From Lama glama (Eukaryota), in contig CM052816.1 of NCBI GenBank assembly GCA_028534125.1, positions 63,986,001-64,050,000 of the forward strand: a stretch of 64,000 nucleotides of DNA, read 5' to 3'. Under the pieces are notes generated by a model, which was given only the letters and a program-made list of their open reading frames with translations, was not told the DNA's origin and ran no database searches. Position numbers and translations under genes: made by a program. Below, in pieces: positions 1 to 12,875 of this stretch. The first letter of the stretch is position 1. Each line of letters begins with the position of its first letter.

Positions 1-1009
1 CAAATGCACTTGTATCTGGCCAGTAGCAGATTACCTGATTTGATCAAAGCAAACACACGTGAAAAACAAAGCCAAAATCTCTCAGGCCAGGGTGGCTGTT
101 TTTGTCCAATAGGTACCCCTTCCAAATCCCTCCAAGATCCAAGGGGACATTGTATGAACATGGCTGTCCCCATAAACATCTGGATAGGGGGGCAAGTCCT
201 AGAAAGGGAAGGATGGACAGACAAGCCAATAGATGTATCCCACCAAAGAGGATGGACTCCTGCCCTCATCTTGGCAACAGGAGGCAGCTCCGAAAAAGGA
301 AAAAGATAAAATACCATTTACTGAATCCTTACAACGCACCAGCTACTGTACTGGCTGGCACATGCCACCTCATTACACTAGCTGTACACTAGATGTGTGA
401 TTCTCTGCTCATCCTGAGATCAGCAGAATTCTGCTCCCTTTCCCCCTCTGCTCCTGGCCTCTTGCCCATCTCTACTCCCTGTACTTCCCTCCTTGCCCAC
501 CACCCACCACCAAGCTCTCAACTGAGAGGTTCTGAGCAGCCCTGGCTGGCTGCGAGCTCCTTCCTGTCCTCCACGGGCTGTGTGGCTCAGCTCAGCAGTC
601 CAAAGCAGCACAGACAAGGGCTCTTTTTCTTGGTACCATTGCTTCTGTGACAAGGCTTTCTCCAGAATGACAAGCCATGAATTTGACTCATGGCGTACAG
701 CAGAGAAGACACAGAACAGGACTCAAGTCCTAGCTCTCCCTCTTGGTGCCCTTAGGAAGATGATTTGTACCCTGGGCTTGGGTTTGTGTCCAGAAGAGAT
801 GGCTGCCCTTTGGGCCAGGATTACACAAAGTGATGGATATAGAGCACTTAGCTCCCAGGGCTGGCCTGTGTCCCTGTTAGATCCCTTTGCTTCCTGACCC
901 ACTGTCATTACCATGATATCTACTGAACCCACATTAGGGGGCCAGACACTATGCCAAGCTAGGCATGAACAGAATTGTTCCTGGTGGTACCATTGTGTTC
1001 ATACAACTC

Positions 1010-1160
1010 TTCATTTAATCCTCACACAACCTTGAAGGCTTTGTATGACAATCCTTCTTCCACAAATAGGAAATCTAAAGCTTAGACAGGGAAACCACAC
1101 TGAGAAGGGGAAAGCCAGGATTTCACTTCGATATTTCTGATTCCCAAAACTCTTCTTTTA
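1010..1160 (-). mobile_element. MIR SINE fragment
   Basis: TCATTTAATCCTCACACAACC...ACAAATAGGAAATCTAAAGCTTAGA...AAGCCAGGATTTCAC resembles the reverse complement of the MIR core. Confidence 0.6.
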
Positions 1161-1163
1161 ATT

Positions 1164-1327
1164 CAGTGGTTCTCAACTCTGGCTATCTGCGGAGCTTCTC
1201 AAACACTGATGCCAGGACTCCCTACTCAAAGCCAGTCGAATGGGGTGGAGGTGAGGCTGAACATCTGTTGCCTTTGAAAGTTACAGGAAGAATCTAATCT
1301 GATGCTCAGTAAGGGATGAAACCACTA
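1164..1327. mobile_element. MER5-family hAT-Charlie MITE
   Basis: Starts CAGTGGTTCTCAAC and ends GAAACCACTA. Flanked by an 8-bp TSD, TTTTAATT / TCTTAATT (7/8 match). Confidence 0.75.
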
Positions 1328-1649
1328 TCTTAATTATGCTCCCCTGCCTACCCTACCTACCACTGTCCATGCCCGCAAACTAGGGCTTCTTAACAAAGGC
1401 ATTTCAAATACCGGCTGCTCAAAAATAATTGGACTAGTGTTCACCATTTATGAAAGGCCTACTTTGGACTGGGCACTTGATGTTATCTTTGATTCTCCTG
1501 CCCACTGTGCAGCAATGAAATGTGGTCAGTTTTCCTGATTCAAAGAACTTACATAAATAACTTACTGCCTGTGCAAATAAGCCCTCAGGAAATAGTATTG
1601 TTAATATCACCATCATCCTCACCGTCATCATCCTCTCTTGACTCCTCAC

Positions 1650-1860
1650 AGCAGCCTCCAGACCAATTGACTCTGTCTCCTAAATATCCAGGGAACCCGA
1701 TCACTTCTCACTGTCCTATCTCCACCTCTTAACCAGATAACCATCTCACCTGAACAGCTGTGATAGGCTTCTAACAAGTCCCTGCACCTGACTTTATGCT
1801 CCTCCAATCCATCTTCTATAGAGCAGCTAGGGTGATCTTTTAAAAACACAAATATTTAAC
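1650..1860 (+). mobile_element. L2 LINE fragment
   Basis: CTCCTAAATATCC...CCATCTCACCTGAACAGCTG...CCTCCAATCCATCTTCTATAGAGCAGCTAGGGTGATCTTTTAAAAACACAAAT matches the L2 3' region. Confidence 0.7.
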
Positions 1861-4800
1861 CTTCCTTGTAAAATAGTGATAGCTCTCAGGCCACCGTGTG
1901 AGGTCTGGTAGGCTGAGCCCTTCATAAAAGCGCCTGGTGGAGGGGCAAGTGGGCGCTACATCTCCCTGCTCTGCTGGCCAAGTCTGCTGGACCGGGAGAC
2001 TGCGTTAGTCCTGAGGACGGGGTGCCTGTTTGTGATTCATAGGCCCAGCACGAGTGGGTGTATGTGGATGGGGGGAGGGTAGGCGGAGCTTGGCTCTGGG
2101 AAAGGGATGTGTGCTTTTCTAATTCACACAAAAGTTTTTGTAGTAATAGCAACTGCCCTGAAATTGAACCTACCTCACTGAGTTATTATGCTAGATAAAT
2201 GTGGAAATTTAAATAAAACGGAGGCTCCCTAGGGGAGTTGAGTTTGAACCCAGACTGTCAGTCTCTAAAGCACCCATCCTAACCCCTGCTGTTTCCCTGG
2301 CATGCAGAGAAGTGATGCTCTCAAGGGGATTCTACAGATAGAAAACTCTTTGGGCAAGCCAAATGGGAGAAGCTTCACAGAGGTGGGAGGTGCAGTCTCT
2401 CCCTTTGGGGCCAAAAGTAAGGCCAAGAAAAGTCAACCAGTTTGTTCCCCTTGCCCGTCTGGTCAAGCCCTCAATTCCTTTGACCTTTATAAAAAAAATA
2501 GAAAACTTTTGATGAGAACATTTTTCTTAGGAGAGAGGGATTTAGGTGATGAGGAAAATGGTCATGATTGGTACCTGACCTCTGCTTCAAGCACATTCAT
2601 TCCAGGCCACTACTTGATAGGTGGGATAGAGATAAAGAAAACGAGATTTTAATGTGATAATCTATCACTCTTCTTCCTTATCAGATCAGTGCTTTGCTGA
2701 CCCTCAGATTGAATGTTTGGCACAGCATTTTAGGAGAAGACCCCTTAGAAATCATCTGCTCCAGTGGTTGGCATCTGAGAACCCTTACTTTAATGAAGCG
2801 GGTTTTCACATAACTATTTCTGACCTTATATGTGTGTTAAGGTGACACAGATTCACTAAAACATCTTATGTCTTTGCCTTTGACTAGAACTTTGATAACT
2901 AAATATGTTTAAACTTTGGACATCTCCTGCTAGGTTCCAGCTAGCAGCTATATATCTTTAATTGATAAAAATGAAAATAAAATCACACTCAGAGTCCATG
3001 GCAGAGTCCAGACTCCCAGACCAGGGTTTAGTGCCACCATCCCATCCCATCATTCTCTTGACATTTAGGTCAATGACAAATCTTACTTGATAAACAGTCT
3101 CAAATCACACAGCTTGAATTTCAATACAATATTTTTTTTTCAAAGTTTATTGTAAAGAAAACTTAAGCTACTATAAATTTAAAACCAGCCATCACTTGCC
3201 ATCAATAGAAATACTATAAACAGCAAGCATTGTGGTGGAATTCCAGCTAACTGCAGTTGCCCGCCTGGGCTCTGGAACTGAGGCCTACTCACTCTCTGTT
3301 AAGGAAAGGGGGCCAGAGCCTAGGGGAGGGGAGATGAGGTGGTTGTTGGACAGGTGTTAAAGGAAAACCCACTCCGAACTGTGGCTTTCTCTTGACTTAT
3401 TCCAAATATGAAAAGGCAACAAAGAAGGGTAATTCTCACAAAAATCATCTCACGTTCCTGCTCCTTCAGCTCATGGGAGAAATACCACAACACAGAGGTT
3501 GTGCAAGAAGTCAGGAATGGAGCCTCCGCTCCATCCACTGTCCTCCCCTTTCCAGTCTGACCAAAGAGCCACCCCTTCTTCCTCCTGGATGAACTGTCTC
3601 TACTTGTTCTCCTCCGTGGTTTATCAATCCTCTTATCCCCTCTGCTCCCCACTTCCAGGCCCTGCCTCCGCATGACTGGTTCTCGAGTCTTAGTGTCCCC
3701 TGCTGGATGCGGGGAGGATTTTGGATCTTGGAGGCAGAAGGGGAGAGTTGGTGGTGGTGGTGGGTAGAGCCCACTGTCCTTAACCAGGTCTGCTATTTCT
3801 GCTCAATAATCCAGGCTTGTTTAGTCCTTTACTTCTTCCTGCTTCCACTGTGCTGTGGGAATGCTACTGAGACTAAACGCTAACTCTGACTCCTGACAAA
3901 GCCCTTTGCCCCTTCCTCCCGTCACCCTCCTTCCCTGGCTCCCTGCTCCTCCGTAACAAGCAGGATGCTCCAGTCTTACCCCGATAGCCTTTACTCCGTC
4001 CTCCCTTCCTAAGGCGTTCATAAATTACAATACTGTTTTGTCATTTAACACATAGGATATGGAAGTTATCTAATTATCCAACATTTTTATCCTGTTCACC
4101 ACTCTACCTTGGTGAATTTTGGAAATTTAATCATCTAAAGCCAAACAGAATGTGGTAGAGATACCAGTTTCCTCGTTACTTGAATCTTCTCAATTAGTCC
4201 CTCCTATTCCGTGTCCCTGGTGTTTGTTTATGCTGCGAAGCCCTGATTATCTAAAACTCCTTTATCCAGAAATTCTGTTATCTGAAGTGAGGTTGTGTTA
4301 CTGGATGTGTTTTATTTACTTTGAAAACTGTCTAGCTCACCTGAACCCCTGCTTGTCCAATTTAATTCAGGGCTCGCCTGGATTCTTCAGATCATCAGGA
4401 CCGTGGGGATCCCTACCCCATTTTCCTATTGTTTAACTTCTGCTGCAGAACAACTCCAATTTCAGTCTTGCTTTCCATGGTGGAAACACAGGCCACGTTA
4501 TCTGAACCCTACAGTTGTTCCACTATCTTTGTTCCTGCCTGCTTTAAAAAACCCACATTATAAAAAGAGAATTGGACTTTTTAACCTTCTTTGGTATTCT
4601 GAGGCAGCACTGCCAAAGGGAAATGATACTGTCTTGCATTTTGGGCCCTGTTTCTTGGCTCGGTTCTATAACTGACTGTGTAACTTCAAACAAGGCCCCT
4701 AGGACTCCATGTTACTTCCATTTCTTAGTCAGCCTACTAGGGATAATGGTGTCCAGGTTTCCTTGATGTCTGATGTTCTGCAGATAATAGAGACTAGATC

Positions 4801-5344
4801 TGTAAAATATAGAGGGCAAATACCCTTTTTACAGTTAATCTAGAGAGAGAGTCATTCACAATTAATAATTAATCTAGAGAGAGAGTCCTTAATAATTATT
4901 TCTGTAATATCTCACATTTGACAAAGATTAAGATTGAGAAGTGTTGATAGAAAACTGCATCAGACTGAGGTTTTCTCTGGACAAGACACAAATGCTGATT
5001 CCCAGAAAATGAGCACCCTCACTCTCCCAGAACACTTATCCTAACAGAGAGCAAGATCACTACTTCTTTAAAAAGTTTTCACATTGAACATTTAGTTAGA
5101 TATTTCTTTCTTGAATTAGGCAAAAAAATCCCATTGGGAAATTGTCAGCTACTCATCCTACTGTATTCACTATACCAACCATTGCCCAAGCACCTACTAC
5201 GTGCAAAGTCCTGTGTCAGTCATCTAGGGTTACAAAGATTAATCCAGCTTGGTTTCTGCACTCAGGATCTTTGCAAATGCTCTACAGATGAAAGGTCAAA
5301 CGTAACGTTGGCTGCTTTAAAGACAGAGATACTCCACTACTGGT

Positions 5345-7285
5345 TAAGATGGAGTGAAAGAGACCAGACTCACCTTCCTGCCTGGAACAAACAATATAAC
5401 GAGCAAAATATGTACAATAATTTTTGAGACACTGGATATCAGACAACAAAAAACAGTGATTCCCAAGAGATGAGAAACAAACAATTGCCCCTATAAAAGA
5501 AGCCCTATGAAACCTTACTACCTGGAGAAAGTTTTCAGGCCCCTGTGCAGGGGAGGGGAATCCAGGCACAGGAGTCCAGTGGACTCCCTGAGAGAAGATG
5601 GGAATGATTCCTGGACACCAAGACAACCAAAGTTAGCAGGTCAGACTACTTAAGAGAAGACAGCTGTGCAGAGTACCACCACCAGATGTCTACACAGCAT
5701 CCTCCTTGAAGATTCCACAAATCACTGACCAGGGAACACACGAAGAAGGTGCCCAGTGAGGAAGGTGCCACCCCCCAAAATTAGAGGGAGCAGGACCATG
5801 AATAGTGCCTGTTTCTACCAGCCAGACTGAAAAGCCTCATAATTCATGGGGCACTGGGTAGAATACTCAGAAGGCTCTTTTCTCAGTGATGAAAAATAAT
5901 TCACTCTAGACTAAACACAGTTCTGGCTCCACCTAACAAATCTTAAAAACAAGCCCCGAAAGAAGCAAACTGTTTACAAGCAATTTAACTGCATCCCAAA
6001 ACAAAGCTGAAGGATATTTATAGGAATACAAAATAGCCAGTACCCAACAAAGGAAAATTCACAAAATACGGCATCCAGTGAAAAACTACCAGTTATGTGA
6101 GAAGGCAGGAAAATACGGCCAATGACGAAGAGAAGTAACAACCAATCAAAACCAACCTAGAACTGACAGACGTTAGAATTAACAGACAAGGACATTCAGA
6201 CAAGTATTAAAATTGTATTACAGTGGTCAACTCATGAAGTGAAAACATGGAAAATATTTAAAAGATTTAAATTTAACTCTAGTGATGAAAACCACAATTT
6301 CTGAGATTAAAAAAATACACTGAATGGATTTAACCACAAGCGAGAAATTGTGGGGGAAACACCTTTAATGAAATTTAAGAAATAGCAGTAGACAGCATGC
6401 CCAATTAAACATAGAGAGAAAAAAGAATTTAAAAAAATGGAGACTCACTGATCTTTGGGACAACTTAAATGAGTCCAATATTCATGCAATTGGGGTCTAC
6501 AAAAAGAGTAAATGGGGGGATGGAAAAAGAACTGAGGCCCAAGTATGGGAAATATAAAGAACACTAAAACAGGTAACATTATAAACAAATTGTTCAAACC
6601 AATGAGAAAGAGAAAAGCTAAAAAGAAGTCACAGGAAAGAGGCAGGCTGTGTACAGAGGAATGACACCACCAAAAGGATGGCAGTAGCTTCTTATCAGAA
6701 ACAAGGCAAGTGAGCTGACACTGAGCAATGTCTCTACAGATGAAGACCTGTCAACCTGGAATTCTATACCCAGTGAAAATACCTTTTGGGATGAAGACAT
6801 AATAAAGACTTTTTAGACAGGCAAAGGAAGAAAGAATTTGTCTCTGAAAGATTCATGCTACCAGAAATGCTAAAAGTAGTTCTCCAGGCAGAAGCAAAAA
6901 TGATACCAAATGGAAATCTCCATCTACACAAAGGAAGGAAGAGCACTGGAAACAGTTGTAACATAGAGGAATATATAAGATTTTTAAAAACTCAGTTAAA
7001 TCTCTCTAAAAGACAATTGACTAATTAAACAACAACAAAATAATATGATGTAAGGTTTATAATATATAATCAAAGAAATCTATGACATAAAATAGCACAA
7101 AGCCTTAAAGAGAAGTAATGGACGTGTTTTACTATTAGGCTCCTAAACTATATACAGTGTAACAGAATGAGGAGTTTTAGCTAACAAGACAATAAAGGAG
7201 ATCAAAGGGAATTATGAAAAAAAATAACCTAAAAGAAGGCAGAAGTGGAGGAAATAGGGAACAAGTAACAGATGGGAAAAAAATA
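5345..7285 (+). mobile_element. Ancient L1M (L1MC/L1MD-type) 5' UTR plus decayed ORF1
   Basis: A-rich sense strand with L1 ORF1-type motifs (GATCTTTGGGACAACTTAAA, TGTCAACCTGGAATTCTATACCCAGTGAAAATACCTTT, AAATGCTAAAAGTAGTTCTCCAGGCAGAAG). No intact ORF. Confidence 0.85.
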
Positions 7286-7459
7286 GATCTTGTCATCTAC
7301 TCTGGACCCAAAGAAAAACCTATACCCCCATTTTCAGAGTAAAACAGGCTCCCATTATGTGGAAAGGCTGCCAAGTCCTCATCTAGGCAGATGCTTCACA
7401 AGATGATGCTTATCTTTCTCAGGATCTGACCTTGCCCTCCTGTCATTTCCGATAGCTGG

Positions 7460-9091
7460 AGTCAGGTCTCAGAATAGCCTGATTCAGGAAATACAATGCC
7501 TGCCCCTCGCATATCAAACACCTGCAAGACCTGGCAAATGGGCACTGGCAGAAACCAGCAGAACACACATGGAAGTGCATCTCGAGAGGATTGGACAAGG
7601 GAAGTCTGAATATAAGATAGATGGGAATAATTCATTGATATGGGAGCATTCTCCCTTGAGTCAGGATTTAACATCCTGGCAAAAACACCAGGATCCAGGC
7701 ATCACACACTGCTGGTGTGACTCTTTGAAGCTTGGATGCAACAATGGATCATAGTAAATAAGGGAGAGTTGCTAGAATGACATTGGCAGGCTATCAAGCA
7801 AGGTGGGATAGAAATGTTAAAATGGATTTATTAGTGAGATCAGAGAGTTTTGACCTGCCTATATTCCCCAGGAAGTTCCAGAGATCATTCCATTGACTAA
7901 AGCAATGAGAAATGAAGAAAGCACTGGCATCTTCTGAGAAACTTCGGTGGTGGCTGTTTCCTATAAACCAGGGTTGACAGAAGAAGATGCTGCCATGGGT
8001 CTGGACTCCTTAGCATCAATCAGGATGAGAGGATTTTGCAATGTCAGAGGCCAGGTGGCAATTCTTAAGTGACAGTAGAAGGTATGTATGGTTGCTCTAT
8101 GGGCAGCAAGGCTGGGAGGTGCTTTGGACCTGGGGCATCTGTAGAAGTGGCTAAAAGGCCAGAGTGTTCTCAGTCATGAGACAGAGGAACAGCCAACTAG
8201 GCTGGTGCATGACTTGTAGAATTGGATTTTAAAACTTGAGAGTTGGCACAAACACAACTCGAAGTAGATCCAAAAGGTCCAGAGACCCACTTTGTGGTTA
8301 TCTCCTCATCCCCCAAGTGCACAAATTTGGATAGATAAACAAAGTAGCTGGCAGAATCCTCTCACTGATTCCCTGACCTACGGAACAAGAGCTATTAGAA
8401 CAGGAACAGCAAAGTGGAAGCCTCCAAAACCATTCAGTCCCAATCCCACAAGCCAAGAGAGCAAACCCAAGTCAACACTGCATCCTAAAGAAAATCGGTG
8501 CCACCGTCAAAGACGAAGTATACAGGGATAGTGTTCTGCGTCATACCCCTGTATAATTCATCTATACGGCCCTTGAAAAAGTAAATTGACAGGTCATGGT
8601 GCATGAGAGTGGAGTGCCAGAAACCTAACAAAGTGGCAGCTCCAATCTCAGTTACTGAGCTGGAGATGATATCTTTACTAAACAGGTCAGCACAGCCTCT
8701 GGCACTCCCTGCGTTACTATTGATCTGGTGAATATGTTCTTCTCAACCCCTTGTCAATAAACAGGATCAAAAGCAGGTCTCATTTAAGTGGGAAGGACAT
8801 CAGTACACATTCATAGTCTTGCTTAAGGCTATATGAAGCCTCCTGCGCAATGTCACGAAGTAGTCTGCAGGGATCTTAATTGCCTTGATATTCCATAAGC
8901 ATGCTGCACACTGCATTGATGACATCATGCAAGTTTAACCTGGTAAACAGAAATAGCAAGTTGTGTGTCAGAGAAACGAAACCCCAGGAAGATTCCACAA
9001 CCTGCCCCACCAGTGATACTTTGAGGAGTCCAAAGACCTGGGGCTGGTGCAACTCTTCGAGGTAAAGGACAAAATGTTAGATCTTGGCCCT
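7460..9091 (+). mobile_element. ERVL-class (ERV3-16/HERV16-like) internal region: decayed gag, protease and RT
   Basis: Translates to ERVL-like LQDLANGHWQKPAEHTW (gag), SSWQNPLTDSLTYGTRAIRTGTAKWKP (ORF 8292-8531), KQDQKQVSFKWEGHQYTF, and the RT catalytic motif as CIDDIM at 8912-8929 (canonical YIDDIM). Many stops and frameshifts. Confidence 0.88.
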
Positions 9092-9718
9092 TATTCCAGT
9101 TTTCAACTGCTGCATAACAAATCACCCAAAACTTAGTGATATAAAACAACAACTATGTTATTATGCTCACAGACTCTGTGGGCAGGAGTTTGGACATGAC
9201 ACACCAAGAACATTTTGTCTCTACTTCCCAGTTTCTGCCAGGTTTTCTAAATTGGGGTTCCATGATAGAATTGAGCCCTAATGCCCTAAGGCATCAATTT
9301 GTATATAATGAACTAATTTCTCTCCTAGAATTCTTATCTAGAATGGTATTAGTTATATACCATACTTGGGAGAACTGACAAAACAGTCACTCAAAGCACT
9401 TTCTCTCTTCTACGGCACAGAAGAGGAAACTCAGTTGGACAGGCTGGCTGTAGCCTTAGGTGGGGAAATGCAAATGGCTTGGAGTGACTTAAACTGGACT
9501 AGAATCTTACAGAGTCATCTTCACCTGTATTTCCAGTGCTAGGCCAGGTGACTTGCAGGCCAAGCTCAGTGAGGATCATCAATTGGAACACCAACACATA
9601 ACCTCACCGTGTGGTTCAACTTCATCATGATATGGCAGCTTCAGGGTAGTTGGAAGAGCAAGTGTTTCAATAAAAGGGAGAATCTACATGGCCTTTTATG
9701 ACTCAGCCTCAGAAGTCA
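9092..9718 (-). mobile_element. MLT1-family (MaLR) LTR inserted in the ERV
   Basis: TGCTGCATAACAAATCACCCAAAACTTAGTG...TATGCTCACAGACTCTGTGGGCAGGAGTTTGGACA and ATGGCCTTTTATGACTCAGCCTCAGAAGTCA are typical reverse-strand MLT1 motifs. Confidence 0.8.
9239..9446. mobile_element. hAT-Charlie MITE (MER105-like) nested in the MLT1 LTR
   Basis: Degenerate TIRs CAGGTTTTCTAAATTGGGGTTCC / GGAAACTCAGTTGGACAGGCTG. Internal AGAATTGAGCCCTAATGCCCTAAGGCATC...TCTAGAATGGTATTAGTTA. Confidence 0.7.
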
Positions 9719-10190
9719 ACAAGATAAGAAAGTGTGGAGAAAATCACGTAGACAGATTGATGGTACTGGGCACAAAGCACCCGGATCACTGTCACATCCG
9801 GGCCCACCAGAACACCTCCCCTGACAGGGCAGCACTGAACCACTGGGTGAACAGGATGTGCTGAGGATGCCAGCCAATTTCTCTCCCTAACTACTCCCGA
9901 ACTTGCATGACAGAAAGGACGTGGGGCAGGATAGAGGGTCAGCATGGCCCCAACAGCAACTGCTAGCAACAGTCTAGCAACTGCTGTACTGAATGTCTGC
10001 CTGTCACAGAGAGGCTGGCATGGAAACTCCATACGACATGCATTCCTGAAGGAGACCCGTCAGTCACTTGCTGGTAGGTTTTTCCCACCAGACACTCTCT
10101 ATCCCTGTTGGAGCAGTGACTCAGCCATACCAGATCAGATATGGGTCTGCCTTCCTTGACTCAGCACCTCTGCCAGCACCACCATCGACC
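9719..10190 (+). mobile_element. ERVL-class internal region continued (RNase H / integrase remnant)
   Basis: Resembles ERVL pol segments DKEVWGR, NNQVDRM, SQPLSPATP, LATATAEC, GDQPATWWQV and GFAFPARNASA, all degraded. Confidence 0.75.
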
Positions 10191-10518
10191 TAACCATTCT
10201 CACATATGTGTACACTTGGATGTTTGAGGAATTAACACCCCATGAGTTAACATGGGCAATCCATGACTGATTGGTGCCAGGAGCCAGGAAATGGTCCTCT
10301 CTTTCATTCCTTGAGAGGATGGTCCTCAGAGGTCCAAGCAGGATGGATCCCCATTTGATCACACAAGGGTCCACCTTGATAAAGCACCTTGGACTGGTTT
10401 TCCCTCCATCTTGTTGACATCTCTTAATCTCCCATTCCTGGTGCCTGTTTCCCAAATAAACCACCTGCATCACCCTCTTTCTTAGGCTCTGGTTTCTGAG
10501 AGAACACAGGGTAAGACA
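10190..10518 (+). mobile_element. LTR16-family LTR (3' LTR of the ERV)
   Basis: GAATTAACACCCCATGAG...CCCAAATAAACCACCTGCA...CTTAGGCTCTGGTTTCTGAGAGAACACAGGGTAAGACA. Contains AATAAA and ends in CA. Confidence 0.8.
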
Positions 10519-10744
10519 ATGTCCCAGACCTATTCACAAAACGTGCTTTTTCTGTGAAGTGAGAAGTTCCTGTATTATAATTCGAGCAATCTCTACTCAC
10601 ATGAGCACCAAGGCATTTTTCTGTTTATCTGTTTGCTTACCTGCTTATTTCTTTCTATGTATAAAAAGTTTGGAGAACACAAAAAATCAGGTTCCTGCTT
10701 AGGTACTATAGATTCTACTCATGAATGTGATGCCCATCACACTG

Positions 10745-10985
10745 GTCTCCAGGTGGACTGTGCAGGTGGTGCCCAGCACAGGAGCCTGGCTGAGGACTGG
10801 CTGGGGCTTCACTCACCCAGCAGAGTCCGGGCACAGGCTACATCTGCCCAGTGGAAGGGTGCCTGTGCCTAATTCCCAAAAGGGACTGTCAGATCACTAA
10901 GCCGTGTGCCTGAGAAGTACTTCCACCTGAGGAGGACACATTTTCTAACCACCAGAAAATCATCCTATGGGCCAGCAAAAAGCAG
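10745..10985. mobile_element. MER91-like hAT-Tip100 MITE (3' part appears twice)
   Basis: TGTGCAGGTGGTGCCCAGCACAGGAGCCTGGCTGAGG...GGCTACATCTGCCCAGTGGAAGGGTGCC...CTAATTCCCAAAAGG. Confidence 0.55.
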
Positions 10986-11139
10986 CATCCACCCAACTCC
11001 CACCTCCGCTATCCAGCTCCTGATGCCCCCACATCTGGTTCTAAGCTAAGCACATTTTCTTGATTAATTAAAAACTCAGAACAGAGCTCAGCACATATTT
11101 CAAAGCTCTCAGGTCCAGAACTCTTGAGAAAAAACTACT

Positions 11140-11225
11140 TTTGTAGTTGGAAGGAATTCTAGAGATTATCTAAGGCTAGGTCAACCCCTCCATTTGACAG
11201 GTGCGGAACCTGAGTCCAGAACCTG
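11140..11225 (-). mobile_element. MIR/MIR3 fragment
   Basis: AGTTGGAAGGAATTCTAGAGATTATCTA...AACCCCTCCATTTGACAGGTGCGGAACCTGAG. Confidence 0.6.
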
Positions 11226-12444
11226 CATCTGCTCCTCCTCTCGCCAGGCCGATGCCAGGCTCTGGTCAGGGCACTGCAGGGCGGCATCAGTGATCCAGCT
11301 GAGTCTCAAATAAAGAACTGCTGTCATGGACTAAATGGCTCCTTTCCTGAAAGCAACCCTATGAAGATAAGTGAAAAAGCAAAAGTACTTAGTGACTTTG
11401 TGCAAACAAATTACACACTTTTCTCTTGTGCATGATGGTTTTTGGAGTTGCTGTTTTCTATGGACACTTCTTTGACTTTGGCTACCGGGGATCTGTAAAA
11501 CTGAGGACGTATTATTGCATTCGTAGTATTTCAATGTACATTGAGCACCAGGCCAAAAAAAAATAAATAAATACAAGAAAAAGAGATTTGCTTAATGGCC
11601 ATTTGATTGTTGTGTTTTCAACAAGCCATGGACATTACATTGGGGCCTTTTGATTCACTGGTGGCACAGCTTTGAGCATGTTCTGGTGTAGGTTGTAACT
11701 GATCATATTTCACTGTAAAATGAAAGATGAGACTGACCCAAAAAAACCTAGTTATAAAGCCCCTGTCTCAGAGGAAGCCAAGAGAGAGATGCAGGTAAGC
11801 TAGTTTCCAAGAAATGAAACAAAGAGGAGGGATCGTGCTGTGGCCCAGGCTTAAAGAACTCATGAATTCCAGGGTGAGCTCTGTCAATAACCTCGACATT
11901 CTTTGCTGGCTTTTCCTCATTACCTCGCCCAGGTGACTGCTGACCCTTCTCAGGTTAGCAGATAAACTACTGATGGCAATGTGCTGACGTCCTCCATGCT
12001 CTCCTTTAGCCCAGAGTGGGCAGCTGAGCCAGGGCACACATTTGCCATGGTTCTTCCCATGCTGCACGTTTTGGAAACTGAGGACCCACCTGCCGACCTG
12101 GGCCCCCAAGTTCCCACAACTATACTCTCCATTCTGGCTGATCACAAGGAATATGAGACTGAGAAACAGCTACTCACCCGCCCTGATCTGCCAGCTGCCT
12201 ACTGCTGGGGGACTACACACCTGGAGGAAGTGACCCTGGAGGAAGTGAGATGTGAAGGATGGATGGGATTTCTACAGATCATCACCTGCACAACGGGAAG
12301 TCTTCCAAAATGTGAGGAACCTGTTTTGTATCTCAGCAGGCAGAGTGTCAGTTTCAAAACTGAGATAGTGATCCCACCCCTTTTGCTTCAAAGTAGCAGG
12401 GAGGGAAGGAGTGGATCCTTTTGTTTAATACTGAACCCCACTTC

Positions 12445-12875
12445 CCAGGTAGAATCTGCTTGTCAGCTCTGTGACTTGAGGCAGCTATCTTAACATCTCT
12501 GTGCCTCTGTTTCCTTATGTGCAAATTTGGGACAATAACCACTAACATTTATTGGCTGCTTGCTATGTGCCAAACCCAGTTCATAATTCTTTACTGGTAT
12601 TTATTCATTTATTCCTCATAATGAGCCCACAAGGTAAACACTGTTGCTGTCCCCATTTTACAGGTGAGAAAACTGAGTCACACAGCTGGGAAGTGGCAGA
12701 AGCAGCATTCACACCCTAGGGGTTTGGCTCCATTATCCATGCTCCCAGCCACTTAGTAAACAGTGTCACCGCCTTCACAGGGTTGTTGAGAGACTTAATG
12801 AGTTAGGCATGTGCAGTCCTTAGAGAACTTGGTGCTGGCCTCCAGATGAGTGAGTGCGCCACAAATGTGAGCTGC
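12445..12875 (+). mobile_element. MIR split by a second, inverted MIR
   Basis: The plus-strand core (CTGTGACTTGAGGCAGC...TCTCTGTGCCTCTGTTTCCTTATGTGCAAATTTGGGACAATAA) resumes after the insert with CTTCACAGGGTTGTTGAGAGACTTAATGAGTTA. Confidence 0.7.
12546..12765 (-). mobile_element. MIR (near full length) nested in MIR
   Basis: ATTTATTGGCTGCTTGCTATGTGCCA...TCATTTATTCCTCATAATGAGCCC...CCCCATTTTACAGGTGAGAAAACTGAG...GGAAGTGGCAGAAGCAGCATTCACACCC. Confidence 0.8.
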
